A stretch of 64,000 bases of DNA, from positions 8,390 to 72,389 of the forward strand of contig JAQUME010000001.1 in the NCBI GenBank assembly GCA_028718245.1, in the 5' to 3' direction. Within the stretch, counting starts at the first letter, position 1, and each line of letters starts with the position of its first letter. The DNA comes from Candidatus Omnitrophota bacterium. Its GTDB lineage: Bacteria > Omnitrophota > Gorgyraeia > Gygaellales > Profunditerraquicolaceae. Both the position numbers and the translations under genes were made by a program. Under the pieces are notes generated by a model. It did no database searches and was not told where the DNA came from. It worked only from the letters and a program-made list of their open reading frames with translations. Below, in pieces: positions 61,000 to 64,000 of this stretch.

Positions 61000-61103
61000 C
61001 AGATTTTAAGCCTACCTTAGCGGCTGTATCCGAGAAAGAATTTTATCGCAATATAGATAAAATAGTGAAAAAGGTATGTTTACATTTCAAGATCTGAAGT
61101 TTC

Positions 61104-61889
61104 TCAATGAGATGGAGTAATGATTTTTTTGGAGTTTCTAATATAATCTTCTTGAATTTGCTTTCTGCTACGATAATCACCTGGGAATAAAAGGTGTACT
61201 GGTAGAACTTGCGGGTAAATGGTGAGTTCTCTTGGTTGGTCATAATCAAACCTTGAAAAATCTGTTATTTCGAATAGCCGATCATCCGGCGGACTGGAAT
61301 TTAACGTTAGAACATACCCAAATGGCGTATATCCTATTTCGCTTAATACAACCATATCGCCTTTAAGATCACACCGGGCCGCAATACCAGAAAACCGAAA
61401 TTTATTTCCCAGATTATAATAGGTAAAAAATCTATATTTAGTAGGAAGAAACTTTAATCTTTTGTTTAAGACAAATCGGACTAATTCAGGATTAGCGCGA
61501 GCAAATTCCGGAGGATTTATTGAAAGAAACATTGAGACGATTTGTTTCAATATCTCTAATGGATAGGCCCTTCTTAAATATATGCCTCTTGGTTTTCCTT
61601 CGGATTTTATTAGAATGTAAAAAGCTTCGTAACACCAGTTAACGAACCTTGTTCCATAAAATCTTCCCGTATAACTGTTGCATTGAGCACAAAGAGTATG
61701 TCCTCCCGAGCCTCTTTGGTTAATAGGTCCTTTTACGAATTCATCTGGTCCAAGTTTTATAGCGGAATCAAAATTCAGCGTTATGACTCTTCTGTCATTA
61801 AAAGCTGCTCTTGGGGGAATATGTTCAAAGGTGAGTTCTCTTAATCTTAAACATATATGGCAGTAATCTATGATTTTGTTCTTGCTCAT
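61104..61889 (-). CDS. HNH endonuclease domain protein with uncharacterised about 170-aa C-terminal region
   Basis: The N-terminus CHIC...EHIPPRAAFN...GGHTLCAQCNS fits the HNH pattern (CxxC ... HxxP ... N ... CxxC). The gene is visibly more AT-rich than its neighbours. Confidence 0.6.
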   Translation of the reverse strand: MSKNKIIDYCHICLRLRELTFEHIPPRAAFNDRRVITLNFDSAIKLGPDEFVKGPINQRGSGGHTLCAQCNSYTGRFYGTRFVNWCYEAFYILIKSEGKPRGIYLRRAYPLEILKQIVSMFLSINPPEFARANPELVRFVLNKRLKFLPTKYRFFTYYNLGNKFRFSGIAARCDLKGDMVVLSEIGYTPFGYVLTLNSSPPDDRLFEITDFSRFDYDQPRELTIYPQVLPVHLLFPGDYRSRKQIQEDYIRNSKKIITPSH

Positions 61890-62115
61890 ATGTTAAGTAT
61901 ACCTGATTCCAAAAGATCAAACAATGAGTATTGACACAGTTTTGCCTATTTTTGTTTGATTCCGAATAAGTAAGTGTTAAAATTTAAGGTATAAATGACT
62001 ATAATTTCAGTCCGAGTTTAAGTAAGGGCGAATTTATAGACAAAAACCATGTTCTGTGATATAAGATAGGAGTTCGGGTTTTCGCCTACGTTGGGCAACC
62101 AAAATATAATCCTGT

Positions 62116-62877
62116 ATGAAAATATTAAGAAGAATAATTTTTACACTTGGCCTTATCTCTTTGGTTCTCCTCATCCTGTTGTCAGCCAGCTTTTTCGTGC
62201 TGAAACAGCTCAAGATCAAAGAGATCGTGGAAAATGAAATAGAGCATAGCCTGGGGATCAATATTACCATCAAGGAATTGGAGTTTTCCCCGTTCCTGGC
62301 GCATATCGGTTTAAACGGGATAACCGTGTTTAACCCGCCCGGTTTTCCGGGAGATGAGCTGGCCTATATAGAATCTCTCCACTTTGTTTATGACCCCGTA
62401 GAGATGATCACCAGGAGAAAGCCCAATATTTATCTTATGGCCCTGGATTTAAAGCGCCTTAATATAGCGAAAAATAAAGAAGGAAAAATAAACATAAAAG
62501 AGCTTATTCCGGTTAAAGATGATACTGTGGGAGCGCCCGCGGAGACGCCGTTTTATTTCGATGTCCTGGTCTTGAGCGTAGGCACGGTAACCTATGCGGA
62601 TTACAGCGGGAAAAATAAAAAGGAATATACATATGCCATTGGGCTGAAGAATGCGGCATTCGTGGGCTTAAAAGATGAAAATGCGGTTGTGAGGATGATT
62701 ATTTTCAAGGCGCTGGAGAATACCAGGATCGGCAAACTTATTAATCTGACCATTGTGCCGGTTGTTTCCTCAATAGGGGATACCGTGGATGCGGCCTGGG
62801 GTACGGCCAAGATCGGGGCAAAAAGCGCCTGGGAGATCGGCACTTTACCTATAAAACTGTTTTTTGGGCAGCACTGA
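62116..62877 (+). CDS. Hypothetical N-terminally membrane-anchored protein
   Basis: The N-terminus MKILRRIIFTLGLISLVLLILLSASFFVL is a TM, and the remainder is beta-rich. No motif was recognised. Confidence 0.5.
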   Translation: MKILRRIIFTLGLISLVLLILLSASFFVLKQLKIKEIVENEIEHSLGINITIKELEFSPFLAHIGLNGITVFNPPGFPGDELAYIESLHFVYDPVEMITRRKPNIYLMALDLKRLNIAKNKEGKINIKELIPVKDDTVGAPAETPFYFDVLVLSVGTVTYADYSGKNKKEYTYAIGLKNAAFVGLKDENAVVRMIIFKALENTRIGKLINLTIVPVVSSIGDTVDAAWGTAKIGAKSAWEIGTLPIKLFFGQH

Positions 62878-62888
62878 TAAAATATCTA

Positions 62889-63200
62889 ATGGCAAAATTG
62901 AATTGCTGGGAATTCAAGAAGTGCGGAAGGGAACCAGGGGGCGCCAAAGTCAAGGAGCTGGGGGTTTGCCCGGCAGCTGTTGAAAAGCGCGTGGATGGGA
63001 TTAATCGCGGCAAGAATGCCGGCCGCTGCTGCTGGGCCTGCGCAGGGACATTCTGCGAAGGCAAGGTCCAGGGCGTATTCGCCTCTAAAATAACCAGCTG
63101 CCTGCAATGCGATTTCTTTAAATTAGTAGCTAAAGAGGAAGGGCATAATTTAAAAACCGCAAAAGACATACTGGATAAGCTTGGGAAGGAAGAAAAATAG
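62889..63200 (+). CDS. Small Cys/Trp-rich protein with two CW pairs (two-CW-like domain)
   Basis: The product MAKLNCWEFKKCGREPGGAKVKELGVCPAA...GRCCWACAGTFCEG...CLQCDFF has 10 Cys in 103 aa. The NCWEF and CCWAC pairs resemble the 'two-CW' domain I recall from TIGRFAMs, though I cannot verify the accession. Confidence 0.45.
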   Translation: MAKLNCWEFKKCGREPGGAKVKELGVCPAAVEKRVDGINRGKNAGRCCWACAGTFCEGKVQGVFASKITSCLQCDFFKLVAKEEGHNLKTAKDILDKLGKEEK

Positions 63201-63319
63201 TTAACGGCAGCTGGGCAATATAAAGCTTGACCGGATATTATCTATGATTATACTATTAATTGCAGGCAGGGAACAGACAGCTTGTTGGAGCGCAGCATAA
63301 AACTACAAGGAGGCCGGGA

Positions 63320-63727
63320 ATGAAGATTAAATTTTTAGCTACCTTCTTATTCATTATAATTTTAACCGGGTCCCTATTTGCTTTGGATAGGAGCCGCAAG
63401 ATCGAACCGGTGACGGATGATCTCCATCTAGTTTTGACAAAGAGCCTGTACAATCAGACCCAGGGAATGGATGAGGCTACAAGAAGGATGATTTATGTTG
63501 CTTATATTGCGGGTTTTGTGGATGCCATGCAATTGGAAACTACCGATACCGGGGCAGCCAAAAAATTCCTCGATGATTGCCAGGGGATGACTTTAGGCGA
63601 TCTTATAGATATGATGATAAAATTTAAGGACGAAAACAGCCAATTTAGGAATGTCAGCCCGGCTGTCGCATTGACAGTTGTGATCCCAAGGCTGAAAAAA
63701 GGATTAGCGCCCTTTCCCGAGAAGTAA
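63320..63727 (+). CDS. Hypothetical secreted protein
   Basis: The start was placed at MKIKFLATFLFIIILTGSLFA (signal peptide), preceded by AAGGAGG. The product is 135 aa and mostly helical by composition. Confidence 0.5.
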   Translation: MKIKFLATFLFIIILTGSLFALDRSRKIEPVTDDLHLVLTKSLYNQTQGMDEATRRMIYVAYIAGFVDAMQLETTDTGAAKKFLDDCQGMTLGDLIDMMIKFKDENSQFRNVSPAVALTVVIPRLKKGLAPFPEK

Positions 63728-64000
63728 GTAAGCAGTAAACCTATGATCCACAGGTGATAAAGAAACCGCTTTCCGGAAGTTCCCAAAAACTCTTGAAATT
63801 AATTGCCCGATGTAGCATATTTAAGTAGAGACGGTTGGGGAATATAGCACCTCTAAAAGCCACGGGAAATTGCAAAAATTTGTATTTTTTTGATCGCGCG
63901 TCTTTAGCATTTTATGCTGGAGAAGTCTTTTCGTTCCTTTATCGTTTCAAGGGGCAGCGATAAGTTTCGAAAAACAGGGATAACTAAGATGGAAGAGAGA

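Overview
This 64-kb window is a bacterial chromosomal segment with mid GC by eye. I could not assign it to a known taxon. It spans the replication origin: dnaA-dnaN-DciA/DUF721-like-gyrB-gyrA on the minus strand, a DnaA-box/AT-rich oriC candidate, then rpmH-yidD-yidC-jag(N-terminal only)-parA-parB on the plus strand. There is no recF and no rnpA in this cluster.

Minus-strand block at 0-15 kb:
- A partial ICMT/PEMT-family methyltransferase, fpg, and a split carB that encodes only the C-terminal half.
- A LOG-like gene, tRNA-Arg(CCG), a PHP-domain endonuclease Q-like gene, then pyrC-pyrB-pyrR with an attenuator-like leader.
- A giant 1591-aa signal-peptide/single-TM protein with a cytoplasmic HExxH motif and a class I SAM-methyltransferase-like domain.
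- rsmI, glmS and tRNA-Glu.

Plus-strand block at 27-60 kb:
- ndk, yicC, gmk, rpoZ and coaC.
- tRNA-Cys, tRNA-Leu and tRNA-Val.
- thrS, infC (apparent AUA start), rpmI and rplT.
- trkA, trkA and trkH, then a secreted hypothetical, pheS and pheT.
- A structured about 160-nt RNA element, then rarA directly followed by a 1010-aa protein that fuses an N-terminal membrane anchor and long coiled coil to a complete EF-G.
- A cyclophilin and a UvrD-like helicase.
- A Cys-rich MTHFR_C-like protein, IscU and 5-formyl-THF cyclo-ligase.
- rny, ymdB and a secreted glycoside-hydrolase-like protein.
- xseA, xseB, dxs, a four-subunit 2-oxoacid:ferredoxin oxidoreductase (korDABC-like) and gltX.

The last 4 kb is the only accessory-looking patch:
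- A small lipoprotein.
- tRNA-Gln(CTG) preceded by a 17-nt direct repeat of its own 5' end.
- An AT-rich HNH-endonuclease gene on the opposite strand.
- A membrane-anchored hypothetical, a small two-CW-like Cys/Trp protein and a secreted hypothetical.

No CRISPR array, rRNA or obvious transposase is present. The features I consider most novel are the membrane-tethered coiled-coil EF-G fusion, the giant bitopic HExxH/methyltransferase protein, and the structured RNA upstream of rarA.
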